Assembly: GCA_016860985.1 (NCBI GenBank)
Contig: BOKM01000001.1
Coordinates: forward strand, 156,185-220,184
Origin: Patescibacteria group bacterium
GTDB lineage: Bacteria; Patescibacteriota; Dojkabacteria; GCA-002793355
DNA: 64,000 nt
Direction of reading: 5' to 3'
Shown: piece by piece, positions 50,450 through 60,815 of the stretch
How positions within the stretch are numbered: the first letter of the stretch is position 1
How the letters are laid out: every line of letters starts with the position of its first letter
Notes under the pieces: generated by a model
Database searches by the model: none
What the model saw: only the letters and a program-made list of their open reading frames with translations
What the model was told of the DNA's origin: nothing
Program-made: the position numbers and the translations under genes

Positions 50450-51096
50450 TCAAAGTACAAAACAAAAAGGCAATAGTGGGTGCACTTTTTAAACGAATAT
50501 TCCGATTTTTTCGTAATCGCGTGTCTCTCCTCTTACTTGCAATCGTTTCACTTGTCATTACGGCATTTATAGTTTTGAATGCCTTTGAACAGGTCTTTTT
50601 TTATGATATTCCCTTTCTTGAGACACTGAGAAAATATAACCATTCTCAAGAAATTACCGAAGTACAGAAAAAGATACCGCAAAACGAAGAATTTCTTCAT
50701 CAAGCAGTGAGAGACATACCGCGTTATCTAGTCATTCCCTCCATAAACTCGAACATTGAACTAACAGAATCACTCTTAAAAGAGGGGAGTTTCTACGTCA
50801 GAGGGAACAAGGCACATGTCATAAAAACAAAGAAGTCAAATACAATGATTATCTATCTTGACGAAAATTGGCGTACTACAACAGATTTAAGCAATCTCAA
50901 AAACGATGAACTCCTATTTGTAATGTCCTACGATTTTAACTACCTATACAAAATTGAGGAAGTGTTAGTAAACAGTACTGATTTGCAATTCATCAAAAAT
51001 ATTGACGACCCTCGGCCGCAAGTAATTGTTGTTGGGGAATTAAACAATTCTTATGTCGTGGTTACAGCAACATTACTTAACTCTGTGTACCGATGA
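50434..51096 (+). CDS. Sortase-fold protein lacking catalytic residues
   Basis: TM anchor; LVIPSI, NTMIIY, LSNLKNDELLFV, YLYKIEE, YVVVTATL follow the sortase strand order; no Cys in the protein. Confidence 0.55.
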   Translation: MEKEVVKVQNKKAIVGALFKRIFRFFRNRVSLLLLAIVSLVITAFIVLNAFEQVFFYDIPFLETLRKYNHSQEITEVQKKIPQNEEFLHQAVRDIPRYLVIPSINSNIELTESLLKEGSFYVRGNKAHVIKTKKSNTMIIYLDENWRTTTDLSNLKNDELLFVMSYDFNYLYKIEEVLVNSTDLQFIKNIDDPRPQVIVVGELNNSYVVVTATLLNSVYR

Positions 51097-52352
51097 TTAC
51101 TGGCGAATGGTTTGACTTTTTCCGACAACTTGCGACGTTCTTCGCGAATGTCATGTTTTTTAAATACTTTCTTTTCTTGTTTCTAGCTCCCTTTTATCCA
51201 TTACGCGAAGCAATACGAAGACGTAGAACAAGTACTCTCGAATCAACTTATAAGCCTTTGGTCTCGGTAATCGTACCTGCATGGAATGAAGAGGTCGGTG
51301 TATTGAAAACAGTCAAAAGTATACTTAACAATACCTATTCTAATGTTGAAATTGTGATCGTAAATGATGGAAGCATTGACCGTACCCACGAGGTCATCGA
51401 CGAATTTCTTAAAGAAGTAAAAAGTCTTCCAAAACATAATGAGTGGAAAAAGAAGAAAATCCAATATCACGCACAGCCAAACGGTGGTAAGGGAGTCGCC
51501 TTAAATAATGGTATAAAAAAATCCAAGGGAGAGATTATCCTTACAATTGACGCAGACTCGGCACTAGAACGACACGCGATAGAAAACCTTGTTGTCTATT
51601 TCCGAGACGAAAAAATCTCAGGAGTCGTTGGAAACGTTGTAGTTGCAAATTCTAAGACAGTTATCGGCTTAACGCAAAAGCTTGAGTATCTTTTTGGATT
51701 CTATTTTAAACGTGCACACGCAGTACTCGGAGCGGAGTACATCTTTGGTGGTGCATGTGCAGCTTTCCGCAGAACAGTCTTTGACGAGATTGGCTTCTAC
51801 GATGAAAAGAATAAAACCGAAGACATCGAAATGACGCTGCGCTTTAGATACTTTGGTTATAACTGTACCTACGGCGAGAATGTCATTTGTTACACAGAAG
51901 GAGCATCAGATATTACGGGATTGATTAGCCAAAGAAAACGTTGGAGTAAAGGTCGAATGGATACATTCATTAACTACCGACACATGTTTTTCTCTAAAGA
52001 TAAAAGGCACAACAAGGCACTAACCCACCTGATTTTGCCTTATGCAGTGCTTTCTGAATTACAACTTTTAGTAGAGCCAATCTCAATTGCACTCTTACTC
52101 ACCTACTCCTTTATTGGATTAGACTTTCTTTCACTTGCAATTGGTGTATTTTCTGTATCAATCCTTTATTTAGTAAATGCATTATTCAACGGCAGAAGAG
52201 TTGATTTACGCTTAATTTTCCTCTTTCCTTTTACCTGGCCGCTCTTTTATTTTTTAATTTGGGTTGAATTTGTTGCTCACCTTTCGAGTATCGGAATGGT
52301 ACTTCGTGGAGAAGAAATCGTTTGGCAGAGTTGGCAACGCAAAGGCATTTAG
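51093..52352 (+). CDS. Processive GT2 glycosyltransferase (PgaC/cellulose synthase-like)
   Basis: PAWNE, NDGS, DAD, TED, QRKRW (QxxRW), C-terminal TMs. Confidence 0.92.
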   Translation: MITGEWFDFFRQLATFFANVMFFKYFLFLFLAPFYPLREAIRRRRTSTLESTYKPLVSVIVPAWNEEVGVLKTVKSILNNTYSNVEIVIVNDGSIDRTHEVIDEFLKEVKSLPKHNEWKKKKIQYHAQPNGGKGVALNNGIKKSKGEIILTIDADSALERHAIENLVVYFRDEKISGVVGNVVVANSKTVIGLTQKLEYLFGFYFKRAHAVLGAEYIFGGACAAFRRTVFDEIGFYDEKNKTEDIEMTLRFRYFGYNCTYGENVICYTEGASDITGLISQRKRWSKGRMDTFINYRHMFFSKDKRHNKALTHLILPYAVLSELQLLVEPISIALLLTYSFIGLDFLSLAIGVFSVSILYLVNALFNGRRVDLRLIFLFPFTWPLFYFLIWVEFVAHLSSIGMVLRGEEIVWQSWQRKGI

Positions 52353-52367
52353 TTTAATCAATTGATT

Positions 52368-53639
52368 ATGGCAATAGTACAACAAGATATAAAAAGTAAA
52401 AGCACACTATTTGCATTTCTATTTCTCTTTGGATTTGTAGTTGCTTTTAGCGCACTTTCTGGAAATTACGTGTATTTGCGAAATAAGACTTCAATGATTG
52501 CCGACTCATTTAAAGAAAAGGTAATTTCACTCATCCCGACTGCAAAGCCACCCGAAGAAAACAATATCTCTTTAGAGGTTACCGCCTGCAGTAATAACAA
52601 AAAGAACATCACCAATAAGCCAGTAGCCGCCGAATTACAGGCATTACAAGTATTAGAAACATACTGCCAATCGAGTGCATCAACAACACTCATGCTCTTT
52701 ACCTCAATGCCAAATAGCGACGAAACAGCCAAGAGAATGGCACTGACGATGTCGGATACGCTAAAGGAATTTGCGAAATACAACATTCGACCGCTCGTTA
52801 TTATTGAACCGGATACAACTTGGGGATTAATTGACTTTAGAGAATTTGGCACTGGTTTTTACAATGAGTGGTTAAACGTGTACTTTAAGCAACTAAAAGG
52901 TTACGGCATCACAGATGAACAAATGGGTATCTGGGTTCCTTTCCCTGAGGCAAATCTTCCGCACTGGAACACGAACAATAGCAAACCGGACCAAATAGGA
53001 AAGAACATTACAATATACGTAACAATTTTAAAGCAATATTTTCCAACCGCCCACACCTCGGTTTTACTTAACGCTGCCTCTTATCCAAGCGACGATTTCA
53101 ACTGGGAAAACGGAGCTTACACGAGTTTAATACCATACATAAAATCAATACCTGCAGGACTAGTGGATAGTTTTGGAATTCAAGGATTTCCGTGGCAATC
53201 ACCTGCAACTTCAGAGCGTGAACTAAAAATTTCTGACCCATACGCATTTCTCGGACCAGACCTTGCTATTGAAGCTGCGAAATATCTCAAGGTCAGTCAT
53301 ATCTGGTTAAATACCGGAACTTACAAAACCAAGTACGCACAGAACCCATCAATGACCGTAACAGTAGAAGCGAAGGACCGAGCGAATATACTTTCTGCAA
53401 TACTTCAGCAAGCATCGTACATCAAGACAAAAGGCTTTATTGTTTCAGTAAACATCTTTGCTGAGAATAAGGCAAAAACACCAGAGGCAACAGATTGGTC
53501 ATATTGGGATGTATCTCAAGGAACGACACTGAATGACCACGCTGCAATATTCTTGCAATTTTTGGCAGAAGCAGACAAACAGAATATCCCACTGTGGTAT
53601 TTTGATAAAATGCCAGCTGAAGAAACCCCGACAGAATAG
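52368..53639 (+). CDS. GH26-like TIM-barrel extracytoplasmic protein
   Basis: TM anchor; PLVIIEP, G.YNEW, PFPEANLPHW, VDSFGIQG, IWLNTG. Confidence 0.6.
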   Translation: MAIVQQDIKSKSTLFAFLFLFGFVVAFSALSGNYVYLRNKTSMIADSFKEKVISLIPTAKPPEENNISLEVTACSNNKKNITNKPVAAELQALQVLETYCQSSASTTLMLFTSMPNSDETAKRMALTMSDTLKEFAKYNIRPLVIIEPDTTWGLIDFREFGTGFYNEWLNVYFKQLKGYGITDEQMGIWVPFPEANLPHWNTNNSKPDQIGKNITIYVTILKQYFPTAHTSVLLNAASYPSDDFNWENGAYTSLIPYIKSIPAGLVDSFGIQGFPWQSPATSERELKISDPYAFLGPDLAIEAAKYLKVSHIWLNTGTYKTKYAQNPSMTVTVEAKDRANILSAILQQASYIKTKGFIVSVNIFAENKAKTPEATDWSYWDVSQGTTLNDHAAIFLQFLAEADKQNIPLWYFDKMPAEETPTE

Positions 53640-53689
53640 GGCAAAAGCAACACTTCTCAATCCCCACGTTTCGTGTAACAATACCCCAA

Positions 53690-54970
53690 ATGAAACTGCG
53701 CCTGCGTAAACTCTTTAAAGATTTAGGTCCTGGAATAATCACCGGTGCAGCAGACGATGATCCCTCTGGAATTGCAACCTATTCACAAGCTGGTGCAATG
53801 TTTGGCCATAAGTTTTTGTGGACATCACTCTATATTCTTCCGCTCGTATATGCAATTCAAGAGATTGCTGCGAGAGTAGGCCTAGTAACAGGAAAAGGCA
53901 TTGCCCGAAACTTAAAAGAAATATATCCAAAACCGTTGGTCTACCTTCTTATAAGCGGCCTTCTCATTGCAAACACAATAAATCTCGGAGTTGACCTCGG
54001 TGCAATTGCAACGGCGTTACAGTTAATACTCCCCGTTAACTTTGATATTTTGCTTGTTTCTATCACAATAATGATTGTAATTCTTGAGTTGTTTACATCG
54101 TATAAACAGTACGCGAAAGTGCTTAAGTGGCTTGCCCTTTCGCTACTTGCCTACATTATCACGGGACTTTTCATAAAAGCTGATTGGCAGCAAATACTTC
54201 GACAAACACTTATTCCAAACTTTGAAAATAGTTATATTTGGTTCTTTACATTAGTTGGATTGATGGGAACAACTATTTCTCCTTATGTTATGTTTTGGCA
54301 AGCCAACGAAGAAGTTGAAGAAGAAATGTCGGCAGGACTACTCAGCAGAAAAGGTGGTTTGCCCAGAATCTCTTGGAAGCTTATCCGTAAAATGCGGATT
54401 GACACTCTTGTTGGAATGTTGTTCGCGGCAATAACCTCTTGGTTCATTATGTTTACCGCAGGTTCAACACTGTACCCAAATGGTATTACTGAAATTACAT
54501 CTGCCGCACAAGCTGCAGAAGCGCTCGAGCCCTTAGTGCAAACTTTCCCTAATGCGGGTTTTCTTGCAAAACTCCTCTTTACTTTTGGTATTGTTGGAAC
54601 GGGGCTTTTGGCCGTACCAATTTTTGCTGCGTCTAGTTCATATGCGTTAAGCGAGCTGTTCAATTGGAAAGAAGGGTTGAATAATAAAGTAAAGCGAGCA
54701 AAACCCTTTTATGCAGTTATCGTTATCTCTACACTCGTTGGTGTGGGCATTAATTATTTAGGCATCAACTCTATTCAGGCGCTTGTATACTCTGCCGTGC
54801 TCAATGGAGTTGTTTCTATACCGCTTATTGCAGGCGTACTTTCTATCGGGAGAAACGAGCGACTAATGGGCGAATATCGTACCCCAGCAATCCTGCAAGC
54901 ACTTGGCATCTTCACTTTTATTTGCATGCTTGCAGGTTCACTTTTTCTGTTGGTTTCTTCACTCAATTAG
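53690..54970 (+). CDS. NRAMP-family divalent metal transporter
   Basis: GPGIITGAADDDPSGIATYSQAGA, GTTISPY. Confidence 0.92.
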   Translation: MKLRLRKLFKDLGPGIITGAADDDPSGIATYSQAGAMFGHKFLWTSLYILPLVYAIQEIAARVGLVTGKGIARNLKEIYPKPLVYLLISGLLIANTINLGVDLGAIATALQLILPVNFDILLVSITIMIVILELFTSYKQYAKVLKWLALSLLAYIITGLFIKADWQQILRQTLIPNFENSYIWFFTLVGLMGTTISPYVMFWQANEEVEEEMSAGLLSRKGGLPRISWKLIRKMRIDTLVGMLFAAITSWFIMFTAGSTLYPNGITEITSAAQAAEALEPLVQTFPNAGFLAKLLFTFGIVGTGLLAVPIFAASSSYALSELFNWKEGLNNKVKRAKPFYAVIVISTLVGVGINYLGINSIQALVYSAVLNGVVSIPLIAGVLSIGRNERLMGEYRTPAILQALGIFTFICMLAGSLFLLVSSLN

Positions 54971-54974
54971 TGAC

Positions 54975-57900
54975 TTACGAGCAGCCGCTTGTTGCGCCAC
55001 AGTCTAAGCATTTGTAGCATGCACCATTACGAATCATTACTGCTCCACAATCAGAACACAGTGGAGCATCTTCGTTATTTTGGCGCAAGGCCTGCTGAGC
55101 CTGATCTTTTTTGAGTAATTCCAAATCTACCTCGACATTAGCAGGCGGAATTTCTTGCTCAATTGCTTCTGCGGGGGTATTGGTCACTGCTTGAGTAGTA
55201 ACATCTCCTGTTTCAGCATCGCCGATTGTGGTTGTTTTTGTAATTGTTTCAGTCACAACTTTACTGTGAGAAACGCTTACCTGCTCTTTTACATCTTCGT
55301 GCGAATGATGTTTGTAGATTTTCTTAACCTCTGAGGCTTTTAGATCTCCATTTCCCATCGCTCGTTCAACTAACTCAGCAGTATGGTATTTTTTGGCCGT
55401 ATCCGAATCAAGGAACTTAAGAGCAAGCCATCGTGCAAGATAATCTACCAGGGATTTAGCCATTGGAATATTCTTGTTGTTGGTCATGCCAGAGGGTTCA
55501 AAGCGCACATGCGAGTATTTGTTTATTAACACTTGCAACGGAACCCCATACTGAAGGTTTAGTGAGAGTGAGATTGCCCATGCATCCATAATACCGCTTA
55601 ACGTGCTTCCTTCTTTATTCATGGTTAAGAAGATTTCTCCTGGAGTACCATCTTCAAAGAGACTTGCGGTAATGTATCCTTCGTGCCCACCGATTTCAAA
55701 CTTATGTGTGATGCTTACTCGTTCAAGAGGCATTTTGCGGCGGGGAAGTTGGGTTGATGATTGCGAAATTACAGCTTCTTGTTGTACCGCTTTCGCAACC
55801 TGTACGGGAGTAACCTCGTTAGTGTCCTCTTCATCAAAGGTAAATAGCTTTGCATACACACTCGCCTCATCTGATGATGTGGAGAGAGGTTGAGATAATT
55901 TCGAGCCATCTCGATAGAGCGCATTACACTTCAAACCTAATTTCCAACTTGTTTTGTAGATTTCTTCGATTTCTGCGATTGTTGCGTCTTCTGGAAGATT
56001 GACCGTTTTACTGATAGAACCAGAAATAAAAGGTTGACCAGCTGCCAACATCTTTACATGGCCCATTGGTGATATAAAGCGTGTACCTTTGCTTCCACAT
56101 TTGTTTGCGCAGTCAAAGACAGGATAATGTTCAGGTTTAAGGTGTGGAGCTCCTTCAAGTGTCATCGCACCACAGATATACTCGTTTGCTGCTGCAATTT
56201 GATCAGGAGTAAAACCAAGTGCAGTGAGTAAATTGAAGTCAGGAGCAGTAGTATCTTGATCCTGAACGAGAGAAGCTACAAAAACGGCACCTAGTACGTA
56301 TGCGTTAAAGAGAAACGCGACATTGAAGGCCGACACGAGTTGTGATTCGATTGCATCAATCTTTTCGTCAGGAAATCCTAGTTCGCGCAAGGAATCTCGG
56401 TTAATATACGGAGATCCCGCGAAAGAGGCAGCACCTAACACATATTTGAGAATATCACGAACTTGAATTTCGTCATAACCTAATGCAATTAAAGCGGGTT
56501 CAACTGATTGATTGACTATCTTAAAGTAGCCGCCACCAACTAACTTTTTGAACTTAACCAAAGCGAAATCTGGTTCAAAGCCAGTGGTATCGCAATCCAT
56601 AACCAAACCGATTGTTCCGGTTGGCGCAATAACAGTTACTTGAGCATTTCTGTAGCCAAACCGCTCGCCAAGCTGTAATGCTTTATCCCAACTTTCGCGT
56701 GCGGCATTAAGAAGGTATGGCGAAGTGGTCGAAGGATCAATCCCCATTGGAATAGTTGAAAGTTTTTCATATTCCGAAGGAGCTGCGCTGTACGCTACTC
56801 GACGGTGGTTACGAATAACACGCAGCATGTGCTCTTTGTTTGCCTCATAACGCTCGAAGGTACCAACAACTTTAGCCATTTCAGCTGAAGTCGCATAGGC
56901 ATCACCAGTAAGAATTGCAGTCAAGGCACCAGTTGTGCTACGAGCTTCATCGCTATCATAAGGGAGCCCCATTTGCATCAGTACTGTACCAAGATTGGCA
57001 TACCCAAGACCGAGTGTTCGATATTGGAAGGTTCGTTCTGCCATTTTTGAAGATGGCGATTGTGACATAAGGACAGAAACTTCAAGAACTATCGTCCAGA
57101 GGCGAATAACATGTCGGTAGGTTTGAATATCAAAGACGCGTGCAACTGGGTCGTAAAACTTTTGAAGATTTATTGAGGCAAGATTACAGGCCGTTTCGTC
57201 TAGGAACATATACTCGGAGCATGGATTTGACGCATTGATTCTTCCATCTTCGGGGCAGGTATGCCAGTCGTTGATTGTAGTATCAAATTGCAACCCTGGA
57301 TCTGCCGACTCCCATGCTGCTTCTGCTATTTGTTCCCACAACCGTTTTGCATCAACTGAACGCTTTACTGACCCATCAATTCTACTAATTAAGTCCCATT
57401 TTCTGTTTTCTTCGACTGCTTTCATAAAAGCATCAGTAACTCTGACACTATTATTTGAATTCTGCCCATCGACCGTTACGTACGCTTCGGAACGATAATC
57501 TGTATCAAAGGTCGAAAAATTAAAATCGGCTGCTTTTACCCCGTTTTCAACAAGCATAAGTACTCTTTTGATGTAGTTCAGAGGAACTGCATTGTCTTTA
57601 GCAGCGATAATTTTCTTTTTAAGCTCTGGATTCTTTTCTGGATCTATGCCTTTGCTTTCTGCTGAACTCATTATTCCTTTCAGGTGTTCAAACGCAATTT
57701 TACTTCCGGTAACAAGTGCTACAACCTTTCGTTCTTCTCTAACCTTCCATTGTATGAATTTTTCGACATCGGGATGGTCCACATTAAGAATTACCATCTT
57801 TGCTGCCCGCCTTGTTGTACCACCTGACTTAACCGATCCAGCTGCTCGATCAAATACGGAGAGAAAACTCATCACACCAGAGGAAGAACCCCCACCAGAC

Positions 57901-58667
57901 AACTGCGCGCCTTCTTCTCGAATATTAGAAAAGTTTGTGCCTGAGCCAGAACCGTATTTGAACACTCTGGCTTCTCGGGTTAACAAATCAAAAATCCCTT
58001 GTGGATTAACTAGATCGTCTTGAATCTCTTGAATAAAACAGGCATGTGGCTGAGGATGCGAGTAGGCATCGGTAGATTTTGTTAGTTCGCCTGAAGTCGG
58101 ATCAACATAATAATGCCCCTGTGCCGGCCCATTGATGCCATAAGCCCAATGCAAACCAGTGTTAAACCATTGTGGTGAATTTGGTGCAGTAATTTGGTTA
58201 ATAATTGTATACTTCAGTTCATCGTAAAAGGCTGCTGCATCTTCTGATGAATCAAAATATCCATAACGCTCTGCCCACCATGTCCATGTGCCTGCAAGGC
58301 GATGTGCCACTTGTTTAATTGACCACTCGCCTGTTGTTTCTTCAGGTTCTTTGAGAGATGTCTCCAAATTGTCGAAGCTGTCATCTTTAGTGAAATCCGT
58401 TTTTTCTGCAATTTCTTTTGGAACTCCACGCTTTCGGAGATATTTTTGGGCAAGAATATCTGTAGCTACCTGCGACCAAGTAGCAGGTACTTCTACATCA
58501 TCTTTCTGAAAAATAGTTTTTCCCGAAACATCGACAATTTTCGATGTCCGTTTTTCGTATACTATCTGTTCAAGAAGATTATTCGATGGTTGAGTATACA
58601 CGCGAGAGATTTTCAAACCTTTTTCTCCGATATCTGTGGAAATGACCGAGTCTACCGAATGTGCCAT
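54975..58667 (-). CDS. nrdJ: Class II (adenosylcobalamin-dependent) ribonucleotide reductase
   Basis: PNSPQWFN, QPHACFI, SGGTTRRAAKM, ASNPCSEY, APTGTIG, YRDGSK; C-terminal TSCPD-like domain and Zn ribbon. Confidence 0.95.
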   Translation of the reverse strand: MAHSVDSVISTDIGEKGLKISRVYTQPSNNLLEQIVYEKRTSKIVDVSGKTIFQKDDVEVPATWSQVATDILAQKYLRKRGVPKEIAEKTDFTKDDSFDNLETSLKEPEETTGEWSIKQVAHRLAGTWTWWAERYGYFDSSEDAAAFYDELKYTIINQITAPNSPQWFNTGLHWAYGINGPAQGHYYVDPTSGELTKSTDAYSHPQPHACFIQEIQDDLVNPQGIFDLLTREARVFKYGSGSGTNFSNIREEGAQLSGGGSSSGVMSFLSVFDRAAGSVKSGGTTRRAAKMVILNVDHPDVEKFIQWKVREERKVVALVTGSKIAFEHLKGIMSSAESKGIDPEKNPELKKKIIAAKDNAVPLNYIKRVLMLVENGVKAADFNFSTFDTDYRSEAYVTVDGQNSNNSVRVTDAFMKAVEENRKWDLISRIDGSVKRSVDAKRLWEQIAEAAWESADPGLQFDTTINDWHTCPEDGRINASNPCSEYMFLDETACNLASINLQKFYDPVARVFDIQTYRHVIRLWTIVLEVSVLMSQSPSSKMAERTFQYRTLGLGYANLGTVLMQMGLPYDSDEARSTTGALTAILTGDAYATSAEMAKVVGTFERYEANKEHMLRVIRNHRRVAYSAAPSEYEKLSTIPMGIDPSTTSPYLLNAARESWDKALQLGERFGYRNAQVTVIAPTGTIGLVMDCDTTGFEPDFALVKFKKLVGGGYFKIVNQSVEPALIALGYDEIQVRDILKYVLGAASFAGSPYINRDSLRELGFPDEKIDAIESQLVSAFNVAFLFNAYVLGAVFVASLVQDQDTTAPDFNLLTALGFTPDQIAAANEYICGAMTLEGAPHLKPEHYPVFDCANKCGSKGTRFISPMGHVKMLAAGQPFISGSISKTVNLPEDATIAEIEEIYKTSWKLGLKCNALYRDGSKLSQPLSTSSDEASVYAKLFTFDEEDTNEVTPVQVAKAVQQEAVISQSSTQLPRRKMPLERVSITHKFEIGGHEGYITASLFEDGTPGEIFLTMNKEGSTLSGIMDAWAISLSLNLQYGVPLQVLINKYSHVRFEPSGMTNNKNIPMAKSLVDYLARWLALKFLDSDTAKKYHTAELVERAMGNGDLKASEVKKIYKHHSHEDVKEQVSVSHSKVVTETITKTTTIGDAETGDVTTQAVTNTPAEAIEQEIPPANVEVDLELLKKDQAQQALRQNNEDAPLCSDCGAVMIRNGACYKCLDCGATSGCS

Positions 58668-58710
58668 GGTGAATAAACAAAGTTAAGTGAAAGAAGATAA
58701 CTTCCTTAAA

Positions 58711-58830
58711 ATATACGATATAGGGTAAAAAGTTCCACGTCAACGGCAATCGGTCATGCACCATGCTCGTGCTATCTTTTTTGTATTACCGTACCAATGC
58801 TACCCAAACATGGGGTTTTATACATGGTGT
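58711..58830 (-). promoter_or_regulatory. Putative NrdR boxes upstream of nrdJ
   Basis: Minus strand ACCCTATATCGTATAT (58711-58726, overlapping a TTGACG-17-TATCGT promoter) and ACACCATGTATAAAAC (58815-58830) resemble acaCwAtATaTwGtg. Confidence 0.45.
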
Positions 58831-58913
58831 TTCATACGGCACAGCTTGCGGGCAATAACACTATAGGGTGTAATTCGATATTGCTCATTATCAAATGAAA
58901 GGAGGTGAATCTC

Positions 58914-59102
58914 ATGGACTGGTGCATACCAGGGTTTGAAACTCCGTTGGGCGGCCTCGATCCAGTGACAGCGTGGATTGTAGTGATTGTTGGTTTCTTC
59001 GCAATCCTCTTTTTCCTCGACTGGTTTTTTAAGTTCAACTGGCTAAAGGCTCTCATCAATGGAATCATCAACCTGCTTCCGAAGAGAGGACCAAGAAGGT
59101 GA
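58914..59102 (+). CDS. Small membrane protein (62 aa)
   Basis: Strong SD AAGGAGGTG 6 nt before ATG 58914; one TM and a basic tail. Confidence 0.75.
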   Translation: MDWCIPGFETPLGGLDPVTAWIVVIVGFFAILFFLDWFFKFNWLKALINGIINLLPKRGPRR

Positions 59103-59236
59103 ATTGAGCAAATTTAAGGACGACGCGACTGGGTAGTTTGACTACGAATACTTTCATGCTTCGCAAAACCCCGCCCTACATCGTCCTTAAATACCTTTTC
59201 GCGCACAAAGTATTATCCTTGTGCTACACTATCCAC

Positions 59237-60082
59237 ATGAAATTACAAAACAAAACTATCCTTATTACAGGTGCTTCTTCAGGTATTGGCAGAGCAATGG
59301 CGTTACGTGCGGCAAAAGATGGTGCGACCGTTGTTCTTGCAGCTCGAACCGCAGATAAACTAGAGACTGTAGCTCAAGAAGTAACCGCACTCGGAGGAAC
59401 ACCAATTGTAGTTCCAACCGATGTAACCAAAATTGAAGATATTAGAAACCTCTTCTTGAAAGCAACCGAAGGTGGAAGAAAACTCGACGTTGTGTTTAAC
59501 AACGCAGGGCTCGGATTTATTGGTAAAGTCTGGGAACTTCCCGCAGAGCAGATTCAAACAATTATTAACGTGAATACCACGGGAATGATTTTAGTTGCAA
59601 AATATGCAGCCGAAGTGATGCAACGACAAAAGTACGGTCATCTCGTAATGACCTCCTCGCTTGCAGGTTTAATTACACTGCCGGAATGGTCTGTATATGT
59701 TGCAAGTAAATGGGCAATAACAGGGTTTGCAGACTCAATAAGATATGAGTTATCCCCCGAAGGAGTATTAGTTACCACATTGCACCCAGGAATGGTAAGT
59801 ACTGATTTCTTTGCAAAAGAAAAAGCAAATCAAGACATGTCGAAACTGGATCCAAATGCCTTAACTGCAGACCAAGTCGCAGAAGAAGTTTACAATGCGC
59901 TCTTCACAAAACAGCGAAAGATAATTATCCCAGCAATGTCAAAGAATATTGCCTTCTTACAAAAATATCTTCCATCCTTAAAAGATTCACTTTTTACCAC
60001 TTCACTTGGAAAGGTTGATTACAACAAGACGACACCACAAGAAGACGAACCGGCATTCAGTTACGTCGAAGAGGTAAAATAA
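59237..60082 (+). CDS. Short-chain dehydrogenase/reductase
   Basis: TGASSGIG, NNAG, YVASK; ATG 59237. Confidence 0.92.
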   Translation: MKLQNKTILITGASSGIGRAMALRAAKDGATVVLAARTADKLETVAQEVTALGGTPIVVPTDVTKIEDIRNLFLKATEGGRKLDVVFNNAGLGFIGKVWELPAEQIQTIINVNTTGMILVAKYAAEVMQRQKYGHLVMTSSLAGLITLPEWSVYVASKWAITGFADSIRYELSPEGVLVTTLHPGMVSTDFFAKEKANQDMSKLDPNALTADQVAEEVYNALFTKQRKIIIPAMSKNIAFLQKYLPSLKDSLFTTSLGKVDYNKTTPQEDEPAFSYVEEVK

Positions 60083-60096
60083 ACGATATTACTCGC

Positions 60097-60810
60097 ATGA
60101 AGACTGCAATTATAACTGGCGCGACTAGTGACATCGGTAAAGCGATTATCGAACAACTGATAAAAAAAGATTATTCGATAATCGCAATAGGGAGAAACGA
60201 TCAGGCCCTAGCCGATCTCGAAGCTTTGAGTCCACACGTTAAGGCACTCAAATGTGATTTGTCACATAACGAATCGATATTTAGCACCATTGCATACCTC
60301 AGAAATAATTGTGAAAGAGTCTCTACACTCATTCATTGTGCGGGAGTATGGCACAACAATCACAAGCCATTAGCAAATATGAAACTTCAAGATTTTACCG
60401 AAAATGAAGTTTTAGATACGATTTCCGTAGGACTAACGTCATTCATGTTGTTAGTTCGTGCACTTATTCCAAAAATGATACAAGATGAAAGTTCGATAAT
60501 CGCCATTAGTGGTACTTTTGAAAACGGTGGAAAAGGGTGGCTCCCATACTTTGTCTCGAAACGCGGCCTCGAAGACTTTATGGTCGGTCTTGCTGACGAA
60601 CTTAAAGAAGCGAATATCACCGCCAATACAATTTCCCCCTCAGATACAGCAACCAGCGCTTACAAGCGATTCTTTCCCGAATATATCGAAGATTCTGTTC
60701 ATCCAGCTTCTATTGCAGAGCTTGCAATGGAACTAATGACATCAAAAAAAACAGGTGCTACACTTATTGTCAAAAAAGATAGCCCCCTCACTGAACAATT
60801 TCACGGTTAG
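60097..60810 (+). CDS. Short-chain dehydrogenase/reductase
   Basis: TGATSDIG, HCAG, YFVSK. Confidence 0.88.
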   Translation: MKTAIITGATSDIGKAIIEQLIKKDYSIIAIGRNDQALADLEALSPHVKALKCDLSHNESIFSTIAYLRNNCERVSTLIHCAGVWHNNHKPLANMKLQDFTENEVLDTISVGLTSFMLLVRALIPKMIQDESSIIAISGTFENGGKGWLPYFVSKRGLEDFMVGLADELKEANITANTISPSDTATSAYKRFFPEYIEDSVHPASIAELAMELMTSKKTGATLIVKKDSPLTEQFHG

Positions 60811-60815
60811 AATTC

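Noticed and set aside
54975-58667. Intein or intron in nrdJ explaining its length
   Set aside because: Continuous ORF; no intein splice-junction or LAGLIDADG motifs recognised
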